A stretch of 64,000 bases of DNA from Nitrospirota bacterium. GTDB taxonomy: Bacteria > Nitrospirota > UBA9217. The DNA lies in the NCBI GenBank assembly GCA_963840455.1, contig CAWIYV010000011.1, forward strand, positions 64,001 through 128,000, in the 5' to 3' direction. The position numbers and the translations under genes are program-made. Positions 38,290-51,044 of the stretch are shown here, piece after piece. Positions within the stretch are counted from its first letter, which is position 1; each line of letters opens with the position of its first letter. The notes beneath the pieces were generated by a model. It worked only from the letters and a program-made list of their open reading frames with translations, made no database searches and had not been told where the DNA came from.

Positions 38290-41166
38290 TCAGGGGAAAT
38301 GGTAAACGATGCCGAGATTCCAGGATGTGGCGGTCGCATCGGTATCCTTGTCCAGATGGAGGTCCCCTGAATCGAAGGTGATCTCCCGTCGCGCCACGCC
38401 GCCGGTCAGCGCGACCAGGGGATCGATGGCTACTTCAAGACCGAGGCCCAATTCGTTCCCTGATCCCTTATAATGTGTCCCGCCGCTGTCGCCGATCTCA
38501 TATTTACCGATTCCCAGGTACCCATAGGGTGTGTACCGGCTGTTTGGGATCGGGAGATTCAGCCTGATCGCGAGGATCTGACCGGAAAACATCTGGCGCT
38601 GGAGGTTGGCCATGCCGAGAAAATCGGTGTCATGATAGGTGCGGAACAGGGAACCTTCGATCGCCAGATATTCGTTCAGTCCCCATCCGAGCTGCAGCGT
38701 GATCCCCTGCCCGGGATCGAGGCTGTCGAAATAGGCCTTGTCGACGGTATCGCTGCTTTTCCCTTTGATCGTCGTATTGGTATAGAGGATCCCGGTATAG
38801 AACCCCTCCTTCGCCGACGCGCTTTGAGCAAGGAACGGGCATGATAAGATGATCAGGAGGAAAAAGGATCCGATGGCTGTGATCTTCTTTGAGACGCCTC
38901 TCGACAGCGCGGAGGACCTCCGGCGCAGTGCCTTCATCTTGAGAACGAAGGCCACAGAACAAAGCAGGAGAATCAGGAAAAGGATCTGACCAGGATGTTC
39001 TGCGAAAAAGATGACGGGCCGCAGCATCCAGCGGGCGGCTTCGCGCATCTTTTCATGCCGCTCGATGAATTCGGCGAGGAGCGGTGAAGCGTGGTAATAG
39101 AGCCTGACGAATTTCCTGCCCGCGAAGTTAGTCATCAGATATTTATCTCGAAAGTCCCTCAAGCTCTGTATCCGCGGAGCCAGGTCGCTCCCGGCAACGA
39201 TTCTGGTAATGGAGCATGCGAAGTACGAGCCGCCTCCTCCCCCGCCGCCTCCCGAATAGTCATAGGTGCTTCTGAAGTTGGCAAAACAGATCTTGCTACT
39301 GTCCATGGTCACGGTCGTCGATGTAACCAAACCGCCGTTACAGTTCCCGCCCCAGCCGTCGAATACCGATCCGGATGCCGGCGTTGCCGCAAGGATCACG
39401 ACCATGTCCAAGGGATAGCGCGCCTGGCAGCTTGTGCCGCAATAGATGCTGCCGTCGGTGGTCGAGCTTACTGTTCCTCCGCCGCTTCCCGTCTTCATGA
39501 CGGCAAGAGTGAGCGGCCCGCCGATCTCGCCGACGGCACCGCTGTAGTTGGAGTGGGAAACATAGGCGCGCATGCCGTCAGGGCTCATTGCAATGCCCAT
39601 GGGCCGGGTGCCGGCATTGGTCGTAAAAGACCCCGCGAGCGTGTCCGTCTGCGTGTTGATATATCCGACCGTATCACTGCCCGGCATGTAGCTGGCGGTA
39701 CTATTCGCCACGAACACTCGAGTCCCGTCCGGGCTCACGGCGAGCCCCTGGGGCTCTGCGAAGCCGGTGATGATTGCCGATGAGGCGAGCGTTGCCCCGG
39801 CCGCGTTGTAAACAATGACGCTGTTGCTCTGGCTGCAGCTCACGTAGACCTTCTTGCCGTCAGGCGTCACGGCGATCCCCACGGGGTGTGATCCCGTGGG
39901 CACCGAGTCCACGACCGACAGGGTCGCCAGATCGAAGACCTTGACCTCGTCGGTCCCGGAGAATGCCAGGTACGCATGCTCGCCGTCGGGATTCACCGCG
40001 ATGCCCAAGGGGACCGCGCTCGGATCGGAAACAGACGCGACCGCCGTTTTGTTGGAAAGGTCCATGACCGTCACCGCTCCGCCCAGAGAGTTGTTGGAGA
40101 AGAGCAGGGTCCGGCCGTCGGGAGTGATGGCAATGCCCTGCGGATTGCTGTCCGCGCCTCCCCCCGCGTTGCCGAAGATGGTCTCTATGGTCTCCAGGTT
40201 CGCGGCGTCGAGCACCGTGATCCCGCTGTAGCCCGTCGCCACATAAAGACGTCTGCCCGCGGGATGCACCACCAGGCTTTCCGCATTGTTCATCAGGTAT
40301 TTCGGGGAGAACAGCAGCGTGTTCGTGGCCGTGTTGATCATGTACAGGTAGTAGTTGCAGGCCACGTAGGCCTTCCGGCCGTCAGGATTGAACGCGACAC
40401 CGACGGGCCTGCAATAGTCCAGCGAGATCGATCTGCTCTGCGCCGGCAGAGGAGAAGAGACGACGAGCCCAAACGGAATGGGACTGAATGCCTCGCCAAG
40501 GGGGGTCTGCAGGGAGAGCGGTCCGTTACCAAACCCTGATGGCGCCGTTGCCACGAGCTTCGTCGTCAGCGCCGTCAGGAATCCTGCCGGCGGCGTGGTG
40601 TTGAACCGGAGCTGGTTGTCCGAAGGCGCGGGGCCGAAGCCGGTCCCGCTGACCGTCACGATCGTTCCCGGCAGCCCCGCAGGGGGGCTCACAAAGGAGA
40701 TGCGGGGCCCGCCCGGCTTTGCGATCTGCATGCCCGTGAAGATCCCCTGCGCGCCCGTTCCCGGCTGGGTCCATGCGCCGGTGGCAGACCGTTCGGCCAG
40801 GCTGATCCCGGTCAGAATCCATTCGTTCTGGAAGCACGGTGGACGCGAGACGGTCCCCGAAACGACATTGTTCGGCCCCACAGCCCCTTCAAGCGTGCCG
40901 TTCGCACAATCGACATCGCCGTCGAGCCGGTATGAAGCCCTCACCCGGTACCCCGGCTGGGTCATGTCGGCCTCCCAGGTCCCGCTGACCGGGCCGATGA
41001 CCGGATCGTTCCCCGTCCAGGACCCGGCCCATACGCCCGAAAGGTCGATGGACGGCTTGGGAGAGATGGGGTCGCCTTTTTCACTGCAGGAGATGAGAAG
41101 AAGGAAAGGCAGGAAGATCAAAGCGGAGAGCTGCCGGACGAGCCGGTGAGAACAGTAATGCACCAT
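38290..41166 (-). CDS. Lipoprotein with IPT/TIG, YVTN beta-propeller, bacterial repeat and CFI-box-like CTERM, fused to an outer-membrane beta-barrel
   Basis: Lipobox LLISC; GTIVTVSGTGF; P.GIAVTPDG repeats; Gly linker; ACSI..LRDFRD..LYYHASP; TM; second signal ..AQSASA-K; barrel ending IVYHFP. Confidence 0.82.
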   Translation of the reverse strand: MVHYCSHRLVRQLSALIFLPFLLLISCSEKGDPISPKPSIDLSGVWAGSWTGNDPVIGPVSGTWEADMTQPGYRVRASYRLDGDVDCANGTLEGAVGPNNVVSGTVSRPPCFQNEWILTGISLAERSATGAWTQPGTGAQGIFTGMQIAKPGGPRISFVSPPAGLPGTIVTVSGTGFGPAPSDNQLRFNTTPPAGFLTALTTKLVATAPSGFGNGPLSLQTPLGEAFSPIPFGLVVSSPLPAQSRSISLDYCRPVGVAFNPDGRKAYVACNYYLYMINTATNTLLFSPKYLMNNAESLVVHPAGRRLYVATGYSGITVLDAANLETIETIFGNAGGGADSNPQGIAITPDGRTLLFSNNSLGGAVTVMDLSNKTAVASVSDPSAVPLGIAVNPDGEHAYLAFSGTDEVKVFDLATLSVVDSVPTGSHPVGIAVTPDGKKVYVSCSQSNSVIVYNAAGATLASSAIITGFAEPQGLAVSPDGTRVFVANSTASYMPGSDTVGYINTQTDTLAGSFTTNAGTRPMGIAMSPDGMRAYVSHSNYSGAVGEIGGPLTLAVMKTGSGGGTVSSTTDGSIYCGTSCQARYPLDMVVILAATPASGSVFDGWGGNCNGGLVTSTTVTMDSSKICFANFRSTYDYSGGGGGGGGSYFACSITRIVAGSDLAPRIQSLRDFRDKYLMTNFAGRKFVRLYYHASPLLAEFIERHEKMREAARWMLRPVIFFAEHPGQILFLILLLCSVAFVLKMKALRRRSSALSRGVSKKITAIGSFFLLIILSCPFLAQSASAKEGFYTGILYTNTTIKGKSSDTVDKAYFDSLDPGQGITLQLGWGLNEYLAIEGSLFRTYHDTDFLGMANLQRQMFSGQILAIRLNLPIPNSRYTPYGYLGIGKYEIGDSGGTHYKGSGNELGLGLEVAIDPLVALTGGVARREITFDSGDLHLDKDTDATATSWNLGIVYHFP

Positions 41167-41458
41167 GGAAGCACCTCCCCCCGAAAAGGCGGTACTTAGT
41201 GCGTTGACCATCAGACAGGATTTAAGTTTAGCATAAAACACGGCCTATTCAAGTGATAAAGGAGGATGGTTGCCAATGGAGAATGATAGCCGAGGTTAAA
41301 TGACCCTAAATGTTTGTAAAGCAACGGAGGTATCATCGTCCCCACTCGTCACGAGCCATATCTCTGAATCTTATACCCATAAGGTACTATCAATGATCCC
41401 TCTCGGGACTGTTTGAACCTTTGGTGTGACCAGTTCATCCTCGGCTATCCTGCCACCG

Positions 41459-41773
41459 TTACTTCACGAAGGAGCAGCAGTAATCGGAAAACGTCTTGAC
41501 CTTCATCGTGAACTTGGAATTGGCCGGCACCTCGAAGGACTCGCCGCCCTTGACTGGCTTCCAGTCCTTCGACCCGGGGAGTTGCACATCCAGTTCCCCC
41601 GACAGGATCTCCATGATCTCTTTGTCGCCGGTCGAGAACTCGTACTCGCCCGGCTGCATGATGCCGAGGGTCTTTTTGGACCCGTCGGGGAAGAGGACCG
41701 TCCTGCTCACGACCTTGCCGTCGAAATAGACGTTGGCCTTCTTCACGACCGTGACATTTCTGAACTCTGACAT
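41459..41773 (-). CDS. ppnP: Pyrimidine/purine nucleoside phosphorylase
   Basis: [33 protein letters not shown]. Confidence 0.92.
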   Translation of the reverse strand: MSEFRNVTVVKKANVYFDGKVVSRTVLFPDGSKKTLGIMQPGEYEFSTGDKEIMEILSGELDVQLPGSKDWKPVKGGESFEVPANSKFTMKVKTFSDYCCSFVK

Positions 41774-41792
41774 GTTCGTAGCCTCCACTCCG

Positions 41793-42101
41793 CTAGATGA
41801 CTTCAAAAACGATGATGAGAGCGCTTACGGTCATGATCCCGAGCCCGCTAAGAAAAATGATATCCGCGATCCTCTCCATCTGTTCCGATCTCTGCGACGC
41901 CCTGATCGAGGCATAGGAAAAGATGCTGGCGGCCAGGAACACAACAATGCACAATGAGACCATCTCGTCGATGATCGTTTCCAGGCCCATCTTCGTCACC
42001 TTCATGAAGCTGAGGATGACGAAGCAGATTCCCAGGAGATTTGCCGCCGTCGGGAGAATATGGTGCGAAATGTACTTCCTGCCGTTCCCGTTCTCCGACA
42101 T
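41793..42101 (-). CDS. Small three-TM membrane protein
   Basis: [28 protein letters not shown]. Confidence 0.75.
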   Translation of the reverse strand: MSENGNGRKYISHHILPTAANLLGICFVILSFMKVTKMGLETIIDEMVSLCIVVFLAASIFSYASIRASQRSEQMERIADIIFLSGLGIMTVSALIIVFEVI

Positions 42102-42320
42102 TGCCTCTCCCTTAACAATACTGTATATGTCTATCAAACGCCGCTCTGTGTGCACTATGTGAGACCCGCCCCACGCTTTTTTGGTTGAAAGCGCGCTTAC
42201 GATCTTCCCCGGCTGCCCGAACAAGCGTCTGAAAGTGCCGCTACGATCTGCGTTCATTCGCGTCGATGAAATTGCACCTTTTTCAGTGTTCATCAGTGCA
42301 GATCCGTGGTAAATACGTCC

Positions 42321-44003
<1,683 letters not shown>

Positions 44004-44151
44004 GCAGTATGATGACCTCCGATCAAAAGGGTAAGCTCCGTTAGAGGGCGACCCTCGCTCAGCATCAGGGATGACGATATTCCGCCGCCTCCTGATAAGG
44101 AAGCTCACTGCTTCCAGAAGACCGGTTTCCATTACTAACGGAGTAAGCCTT

Positions 44152-44180
44152 TTTGTACACTTTATTGCGGGGAAGGTCAA
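44152..44180 (-). promoter_or_regulatory. sigma70-type promoter for ettA
   Basis: TTGACC-17 nt-TACAAA. Confidence 0.45.
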
Positions 44181-44560
44181 TACCTAAAAGAGAGATTACC
44201 GCGAGGATGGAACAGGAGGATCGTATTACTGCTGCAAGCAACACTTACAAGCGTGCAACGGTTACCGCTGAACAGGAGATGCAGAAAACTGGTTGAAACT
44301 TATGCATAGGGGCTGTGAACGGTTCAACCGCTCGATCCCAATTTCGGATCGCTTTGTCGGATGTAGCTTACTCAGGCCGTCTTACCTGGTTATACAAGGA
44401 TGTTCGAAACCACGGATAATCTTCCTAACTTTGCCGTGGCCGTTCCATCATACATAGGTATATGGGCGATGTTTGGGATTATAGTGACCTGCGCTAGGAA
44501 CGTATGGGCCCAGCCTGAAGTGCTGAAATGACGCCGCTGATACATCCTATTAGACCGATC

Positions 44561-45022
44561 TCAATCCCTTCTCTTGGTTGCATACATGAAATCCATAAAT
44601 CCCAATATCTGCACCCGGGCCTCATCGGTCACCTGCCGGAACGTTCTCAGCATCGCTATCTCATCACCGCTCATGACCTGCGCAAGATAGTTGGTCTGCT
44701 CTTCGGAAAGAGGATATTTCCGCTTGCCCCGGTTGAATTTGGCGTCTGAAGGAGTGAGGAAGTATCCCTTGACCTCGTTGGGGACTTTCTGCTGATGTGC
44801 AGCAAGCACGAGAATGGACATGTCGAGGTTCAGTTTCTTTGCGATCGTCGTGAGCGTGTTGTCTTTCGGGATATGCCCCTTATTGATCGTTACCCGCAGG
44901 AGCTCCGGGCTGATCCCGAGCGCCTTCGAGGCGTCCTTGAGGTTCTTATATCCCTTCTTGTCCAGTGCATTCTTGATCATCTCAGCCAGTTTCGTAGACA
45001 TAGTGACGGTCTCCGTAGTCAT
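44561..45022 (-). CDS. XRE-like HTH protein
   Basis: LKDASKALGISPELLR..GHIP HTH pattern. Confidence 0.7.
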   Translation of the reverse strand: MTTETVTMSTKLAEMIKNALDKKGYKNLKDASKALGISPELLRVTINKGHIPKDNTLTTIAKKLNLDMSILVLAAHQQKVPNEVKGYFLTPSDAKFNRGKRKYPLSEEQTNYLAQVMSGDEIAMLRTFRQVTDEARVQILGFMDFMYATKRRD

Positions 45023-45147
45023 AAAAGATACCCTGAGGTGCGCTCATGGCTCGTGTATCGTTCTGTACAATCTTCCCGCTTATTTATTCTATCATAAATA
45101 TGAGGGTCAGGGCCATTTTTTTTGTTCCCTGCAGCTTGCTCCTAGAT

Positions 45148-46065
45148 TCAGGCCTTCATCATTTCCTCGATCGTGATCTTCAGAGAATCGCACAGGGACG
45201 GGAGGTCGTATCCGCCCTCAAGGACGAAGACCATGGGGACATCGGCGGAGGTCAGGATGCTCCGGACGATGCCGTGGATGCCCTCGTGGGTGACACGGAT
45301 GTTCGCGTGGGGGTCGTTGGCGTGGATGTCGTAGCCCGCGGAGACCAGGATGATGTCCGGCCCGAACCGTTGGACCACACCGGGCAGGATGTCCTGGTAT
45401 ACGGCGAGATAATCCTTGTTGCCCGACCCGGCCAGGATCGGGACGTTGTAGGTATACCCTTCTCCCCTGCCTTTTCCCCGCTCCATGTCCTTGCCGGTCT
45501 CGGGGTAGAAGGGATACTGGTGGGTGCTGAAGTAGAAGACCGTATCGTCCTCTTCGAAGATGTGCTGGGTGCCGTTGCCGTGGTGGGCGTCGAAGTCGAT
45601 GATGAAGACTTTCTGGTAGCCGACACGCTGGGCGTGCCGGGCCCCGACAGCCACGTTGTTGAAGAGGCAGAACCCCATGGAGCGGTCCGCTTCGGCATGA
45701 TGGCCCGGCGGCCGGACCGCGCAGAAGACCCGCCGCATGCCACGGCTCCGGCACTGCTCCACCGCTTCCATCACCGCGCCGGCGGCATAGGACGCTGCAT
45801 CGAAGCTCTCGACGGAGGTATAGGTGTCCGGGTCGATCTCCCCGGCGCCGAGGCTCCTGACCTTTTCGATGTTTTCCGGAGTGTGGACGAGAGCAAGGTC
45901 CTCCGGCGTTGCCTTGCGCGGCTTGATGTGGGTGAGCTTGTCCCAGAGGCCCGCGCCCTTGAGCGTGATGATGATGTTGATCAGACGGTCCCGGGAGTCC
46001 GGATGCCAGACCGGAGGCTCATGGTAGAGGAACACCTCATCGTAGACGAATCCGACCGGTTTCAT
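45148..46065 (-). CDS. Histone deacetylase family amidohydrolase
   Basis: RPPGHHA, GFCLFNNVA, DFDAHHGNGT, SAGYD, LEGGY. Confidence 0.95.
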   Translation of the reverse strand: MKPVGFVYDEVFLYHEPPVWHPDSRDRLINIIITLKGAGLWDKLTHIKPRKATPEDLALVHTPENIEKVRSLGAGEIDPDTYTSVESFDAASYAAGAVMEAVEQCRSRGMRRVFCAVRPPGHHAEADRSMGFCLFNNVAVGARHAQRVGYQKVFIIDFDAHHGNGTQHIFEEDDTVFYFSTHQYPFYPETGKDMERGKGRGEGYTYNVPILAGSGNKDYLAVYQDILPGVVQRFGPDIILVSAGYDIHANDPHANIRVTHEGIHGIVRSILTSADVPMVFVLEGGYDLPSLCDSLKITIEEMMKA

Positions 46066-46098
46066 AGGGGTAGTATACTGAACGCTCTCCTGTTGGTG

Positions 46099-46686
46099 TT
46101 ATGCGAAACGGCCCTTGATCCGCTCGTAGTCCTCGGGCGTATCCAGGTCGAGGACGACTCCCTCGTCATCGACGTCCACAGTGCGAATACTGCCTGCGCG
46201 GCTTGCGATCACGTCGCGGAGGGTCTCTGCGATAAATATGTCGTCGATGGCCTTTCGCGGGAACAGGGTGGGATGGCCCCGTCTTCCGTGATACAGCGGG
46301 ATCAGGATGCTGTCAGGGCCGGAATGATGGACGTTGACAAGCCCCTTGATGGTTTCCGATGACACGAGGGGATGGTCTGCCAGACAGATCAGCACGCCTG
46401 TCGAAGCCGGATCGATTTGCCGGAGCCCGAGCCGGACGGAGCCTGCCATATCGCTCCGGGGATCGGCATTGACGACGGTCCTCACCGGCATCCCGCTGAT
46501 CGCGCCGGCCATCCCGTCAAGGTCGGCCCCAAGCACGACCACGATATCCCGCAGACCTGAGGCGACAATGCTGTCCAGGCAATGACGGATGACCGGACTA
46601 GGGCCGAGGGGAAGGAGCTGTTTGGAGCGGCCCATCCTCCGAGACGACCCCGCCGCAAGAACGATCGCTGAGACCTGTGGGGGCAT
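46099..46686 (-). CDS. MocA-like molybdenum cofactor cytidylyltransferase
   Basis: LAAGSSRRMG..KQLL, LADHP, GHP, DLDTPED. Confidence 0.88.
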   Translation of the reverse strand: MPPQVSAIVLAAGSSRRMGRSKQLLPLGPSPVIRHCLDSIVASGLRDIVVVLGADLDGMAGAISGMPVRTVVNADPRSDMAGSVRLGLRQIDPASTGVLICLADHPLVSSETIKGLVNVHHSGPDSILIPLYHGRRGHPTLFPRKAIDDIFIAETLRDVIASRAGSIRTVDVDDEGVVLDLDTPEDYERIKGRFA

Positions 46687-47443
46687 GCTCTCTCCTGTGC
46701 TGGATGATCTGGGCCATGATGCTCACCGCGATCTCCTCGGGCGAGACCGACCCGATGGGAAGGCCCACCGGGATGATGACTCGCCGGATGTCGTCCTGCG
46801 GGAACCCTGCGGCCTTGAGCGTATTGATGAGGATGCCCTTCTTCCTCCTGCTGCCGAGCAGGCCGATGTAGCCTGCGTCGGTCCTGAGCGCGGCCTGGAC
46901 CGCCTCGAAATCGTGGTTGTGCCCCCGCGTCGCCACCACGAGGTAGGTCCCGCGGTTGACAGGAATGCTGGAGAAGACATCGGGGAACTCGCTCACCACG
47001 AGCTCATGGGCGTCGGGGATGTTGTCCCGATTCGCGAACTGCGCCCGGTCGTCGGCGACCGTTACCTGGAACCCTGCAAAGAGCGCAAGCTTCGCCAGGG
47101 CCTTGCCCACATGGCCCGCGCCGAGCACCACCAGCCGCGGGTCCGCGAATACCGGCTCGATGTAGACCGTCAGCGTGCCGCCGCATACCAGGCCGCCCTC
47201 CTTCTCGGTGAGCTCGAAGGGGACCGTGCGCGGCTGTCCGTCCTGCATGGCCATGCGTGCATGGGCGACCACGTCGGCCTCGATGCACCCGCCGCCAAGC
47301 GTGCCCATGATCGTCCCGTCGTCGCGCACCAGCATCTTGGCGCCCTGCTTCTGGGGCGACGAGCCCTTGCTGTCAACGATGGTGGCAAGCGCCGAGATGC
47401 GTCCGAGCTTTTTTAGACGAACAATTTCTTCGTAGATGTCCAT
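46598..47443 (-). CDS. xdhC: XdhC/CoxI molybdoenzyme maturation factor
   Basis: GSSPQKQGAKM, GTLGGGCIE, CGG, GAGHVG, PEEIAVSI. Confidence 0.92.
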   Translation of the reverse strand: MDIYEEIVRLKKLGRISALATIVDSKGSSPQKQGAKMLVRDDGTIMGTLGGGCIEADVVAHARMAMQDGQPRTVPFELTEKEGGLVCGGTLTVYIEPVFADPRLVVLGAGHVGKALAKLALFAGFQVTVADDRAQFANRDNIPDAHELVVSEFPDVFSSIPVNRGTYLVVATRGHNHDFEAVQAALRTDAGYIGLLGSRRKKGILINTLKAAGFPQDDIRRVIIPVGLPIGSVSPEEIAVSIMAQIIQHRREHAPTGLSDRSCGGVVSEDGPLQTAPSPRP

Positions 47444-47509
47444 GGTAACCTCGGTCGAGGATCAGTTGGCAGTAGGCAGTCAATAGTCAAAGGGCAAAAG
47501 GCAGTCAAG

Positions 47510-47879
47510 AATCGGTGGGCTCTCAAATACTGGATGAACCCGTTGATCAGCCGAGCTCCTCTGACGCGAGCTCATATAACTCCTCGAATTCTTTGTGCGT
47601 TGCAGCCTTGATCAAGAGCCACATAGGGCTGGCTTTGGACCTCTGCCGCGGGACCGATCGCGTTAGAGAAAAAACGCCCAAACTCCTTATCTCTTCCTCT
47701 CGCAAAAAACCTTCAGCAATATTGCTCGTGACAGATACAGATGCTCTTCGTATCTGCTCCTGGAGGCCGTAATCTTAATTCAGTTTAAATTTCTTGCCGG
47801 TAACATCATAGATGGCCTTGACCAGTGTTCTCGACTTCTGCCATGCTTGTATATCCTCGAATCGTTCGATCTTCGCCAT
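47510..47879 (-). pseudogene. Four-helix-bundle (23S rRNA IVP-like) protein pseudogene
   Basis: MAKIERFEDIQAWQKS..stop at 47775..QIRRASVSVTSNIAEGF..frameshifts..LINGFIQYL. Confidence 0.88.
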
Positions 47880-47932
47880 TCCATCCACGGCACGAACAAT
47901 CAGGTATCGCTGCCTGTCGACCGTCGGCTGAT

Positions 47933-50104
47933 CTACGCTTTCATCGCCGCTTTGACCGCTGCCGGCGTCATCGGCAGGCTCCTGAGCCTGATCCCCGTTG
48001 CCGCGAAGACCGCGTTCGCCACCGCCGGTGCGATGGGCGGCACGCCGGGCTCGCCGATCCCTCCCAGGGGGTCTTTGCCCGTCGTAATATGCACCTCGAT
48101 CTCCGGAGCCTCGCTCATCCTGAGAAGGTCGTAGTCGCCGAAGTTCGTTGTCTTCACACCGCCGTTCGAAAACTCCATCTTCTCCTTCAGAGCGGCCGAG
48201 AGACCCATGATGATTCCGCTCTCCATCTGGGCCTTCACCGTGTCGGGATTGATTACCGAGCCGCAGTCCACTGCGCAGGTCACCTTGTGCACGGTGATCT
48301 TCCCGGTCGCTTTGTCCACCGAGACCTCGGCGACCTCGGCAACATAGGTGCCGAAGGAGAGATGATAGGCTATCCCCATTGCCTGGCCCTGCTTCGGCTT
48401 CTTGCCCCATCCCGCCTTGGCCGCAGCGGTCTCGAGCACCCGCTTCGCCCGCGGATGCTTAGCCAGGTGCGCCAGCCGGAACTCGAGCGGGTCCTTCCCG
48501 GCAGCAGCTGCAAGCTCGTCGACAAAGGACTCGATGATGAAACCGTTATGCGATGCGCCCACGGAGCGCCAGAACCCGACGGGCACCGGCAGGTCGATGC
48601 GGACATACTCGGCAAGAAGGTTCGGGACCTCGTACTCCAGGTCTGCAACCCCCTCGACCGCGGCATTGTCAATGCCGTTCTTCATCATCGCCGGGAATAC
48701 CCGGGCAAAGATGGACGGGCAGACGATCTTGTGGGACCAGGCGGCGAGCCGTCCCTTGTCGTCAAGGCCCGCTACGATCCGGGTATAGTTCCCCGGCCGG
48801 TAAACATCGTTCTGGATGTCCTCCTCCCGGGTCCAGATGAGCTTCACCGGCCTGCCCGCTGCCTTGGCGATCGACACGGCCTCCTCGACGAAATCGGTCT
48901 CGAAACGCCTGCCGAAGCCGCCGCCGAGGTAGGTCGTATGCACGAAGACCAGCTCGGGCTTGAGGCCCGTGATCTTCGCTGCCGTTGCCTGCACGCCGCC
49001 CTGGTTCTGCGTCGGCGCCCAGACATCGCACCGCTCCGGAGTGACCGAGGCCGTGCAGTTCATGGGCTCCATCGTTGCATGAGAAAGATAGGGAAGGAGG
49101 TAGAAGGATTCGACCTTCTTCACGGCCCCCGCAAGCGCGGCCTTCACATCGCCCTCGGCCTTCGCCGTGACACCGGTCTCCTTCATCCTTACCATCAGGT
49201 CCTGCTCGATGGTCTCGGTGCTGAGCTTCGCCATGGCCGGCTTCTGCCACTTCACGTTCAGCGCTTCTTTTCCCTTCCAGGCCGCGTCGATGCTTTCGGC
49301 GCAGACGGCGATGCCCCGGGAGATCGGGACGACCGCCTTGACCCCGGGGACGCGCTCCGCTGCAGCCTTGTCGTAGGTCGCCGGCTCGGCGCCAAACTGC
49401 GCGGGCCGCGCAACCGTCGCGTAGAGCATGTTCGGAACAAAGGTGTCGATCCCGAAGTTCGCCCTTCCCGTTGACTTGTCCGGTACATCCAGGCGCTGCA
49501 TCGCTTTCCCGATGTACTTGAGCTGGGCGTCCTTCTTGAGCGCCGGGTCCTTCGGCACCGGGAGTCTCGAAGCCTCGAACACCAGCTTGCCGTAGGAAAA
49601 GCCCTTCCCCGACTTCATGTTCCGGACCGTGCCGTTCACTGCCGCGCACTCCCGGAGCGGAGCCTTCAAGGCCTCGGAGCCGGCCAGGACCAGCATCTCC
49701 CGGGCTGCCGCACCGGCCTTCCGGAGCGTATCGTGCATATGCCGGATGCTGGTGCTCCCGCCGGTGGACTGCATGCCCCAGACAGGGTCCTTATACTCCG
49801 CGCCGGCGGGGGCGGGTACGATCTTCACCTTCTTCCAGTCCGCTTCCAGTTCGTCGGCGACGATCATCGGCAGTGACGTGTACACGCCCTGGCCCATCTC
49901 GGACTTGTTCACGATCACGGTGATCGTGTCATCAGGCGCGATGCGGAGGTAGACGTTCGGCTGGAAGGCCATGTCCTTCTCCGCTTCGGCGGCGGACAGG
50001 ATGCGGATGCCGTCGGGTGTGACGACGGCGGCCAGGGTCAGCCCCGCGCCGACCAGGGATGTCTTCAGGAACTCGCGACGGGTATATGTCTTTGCGTTCT
50101 TCAT
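47933..50104 (-). CDS. Tat-exported molybdopterin oxidoreductase large subunit (IorB/aldehyde oxidase type)
   Basis: TRREFLK, EMGQG, GGGFGRR, WRSVG, GGIGEPG. Confidence 0.93.
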   Translation of the reverse strand: MKNAKTYTRREFLKTSLVGAGLTLAAVVTPDGIRILSAAEAEKDMAFQPNVYLRIAPDDTITVIVNKSEMGQGVYTSLPMIVADELEADWKKVKIVPAPAGAEYKDPVWGMQSTGGSTSIRHMHDTLRKAGAAAREMLVLAGSEALKAPLRECAAVNGTVRNMKSGKGFSYGKLVFEASRLPVPKDPALKKDAQLKYIGKAMQRLDVPDKSTGRANFGIDTFVPNMLYATVARPAQFGAEPATYDKAAAERVPGVKAVVPISRGIAVCAESIDAAWKGKEALNVKWQKPAMAKLSTETIEQDLMVRMKETGVTAKAEGDVKAALAGAVKKVESFYLLPYLSHATMEPMNCTASVTPERCDVWAPTQNQGGVQATAAKITGLKPELVFVHTTYLGGGFGRRFETDFVEEAVSIAKAAGRPVKLIWTREEDIQNDVYRPGNYTRIVAGLDDKGRLAAWSHKIVCPSIFARVFPAMMKNGIDNAAVEGVADLEYEVPNLLAEYVRIDLPVPVGFWRSVGASHNGFIIESFVDELAAAAGKDPLEFRLAHLAKHPRAKRVLETAAAKAGWGKKPKQGQAMGIAYHLSFGTYVAEVAEVSVDKATGKITVHKVTCAVDCGSVINPDTVKAQMESGIIMGLSAALKEKMEFSNGGVKTTNFGDYDLLRMSEAPEIEVHITTGKDPLGGIGEPGVPPIAPAVANAVFAATGIRLRSLPMTPAAVKAAMKA

Positions 50105-50556
50105 GAACCTTTGCCCTCCTTTGACGCGGCCTTCACGGCAAGTTTGATGCGGGGATAGGTCCCGCACCGGCAGAGGTTGCCGTCCATGGCGCTCACGATC
50201 TTCGCGTCCGAGGGGTTCGGGTCCTCGGCCAGGAGCGCGGCCGCCTGCATGATCTGGCCGGACTGGCAGTAGCCGCACTGGGGCACCTGCTCCTTGATCC
50301 AGGCCTGGACGACGGGATGGCTCTCGGCCAGCCCTTCGATGGTCGTGATCTTCTTCCCTGCCGCGCTTGCCACGGGCGTCTGGCACGACCGCGCGGCCTT
50401 GCCGTCGATATGGACCGTGCAGGAACCGCAGGCGCCGATGCCGCAGCCGAACTTGGTCCCCGTGAGCTTCAGGTGCTCGCGGATCACCCAGAGGAGCGGC
50501 ACCTCGGGCCCCACATCCACCTGGTAGGTTTTCCCGTTGATTTCAAGCGCGATCAT
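50101..50556 (-). CDS. 2x[2Fe-2S] small subunit (IorA type)
   Basis: [26 protein letters not shown]. Confidence 0.95.
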   Translation of the reverse strand: MIALEINGKTYQVDVGPEVPLLWVIREHLKLTGTKFGCGIGACGSCTVHIDGKAARSCQTPVASAAGKKITTIEGLAESHPVVQAWIKEQVPQCGYCQSGQIMQAAALLAEDPNPSDAKIVSAMDGNLCRCGTYPRIKLAVKAASKEGKGS

Positions 50557-50745
50557 AGGCTCGTTCTCCTTTCGCTTCGCCGGCACTGGCGGTGATCTGA
50601 CGTTTCAGGAAGTTGCACTCTATTCAACATGTGGGTGTGATCGATACAACTAAGTTAAACAGAATGGAAAGGCATTGTCAAGAAGGGCGAACGGGCGATG
50701 TGACACGATGGATTAAGCACTTTCTTGCTCTTGCCATTTTGTACG

Positions 50746-50905
50746 TTGATGCCGGGAGCGAGCGCATTCCCCACAGCTTGCTGAAGGGTCTTGCCCCCAG
50801 CGTTTACGAGTGGAACCGCGAGTGCAGGGGGTTAGCGGACGGTTAGGATAAACATCCTACCCTGAGGATCGAAGATTCCCTGCAGCATGCTGCGGGGAGC
50901 TTTAA
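50746..50905. mobile_element. MITE-like palindromic element
   Basis: gagcgagcgcattcccc..taccctgaggatcgaagattccctgcagcatgctgcggggagctttaa, matching 54222-54337. Confidence 0.8.
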
Positions 50906-51044
50906 CTGTATCACTTGGATATGTGCTCATCGTTCATCTTGCACGTTGATGCTTCACCGTTGAACCTTGAACCGTAGCGATCACGCGTCCTGCCCCGCAG
51001 CCGGGCCCTGCGCAGGCCGCCTTCCCCGGGGTCGGCCGGCCCGT

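Noticed and set aside
44400-44445. c-di-GMP riboswitch
   Set aside because: Lacks the GNRA/receptor and GCAAA-P2 layout
46598-46686. xdhC/mocA-like 89-nt overlap as programmed frameshifting
   Set aside because: No slippery site; the downstream gene has its own RBS and ATG
47825-49474. 549-aa antisense ORF (likewise 56215-57759, 45046-46362, 11775-12971)
   Set aside because: Shadow frames of well-supported genes with no motifs
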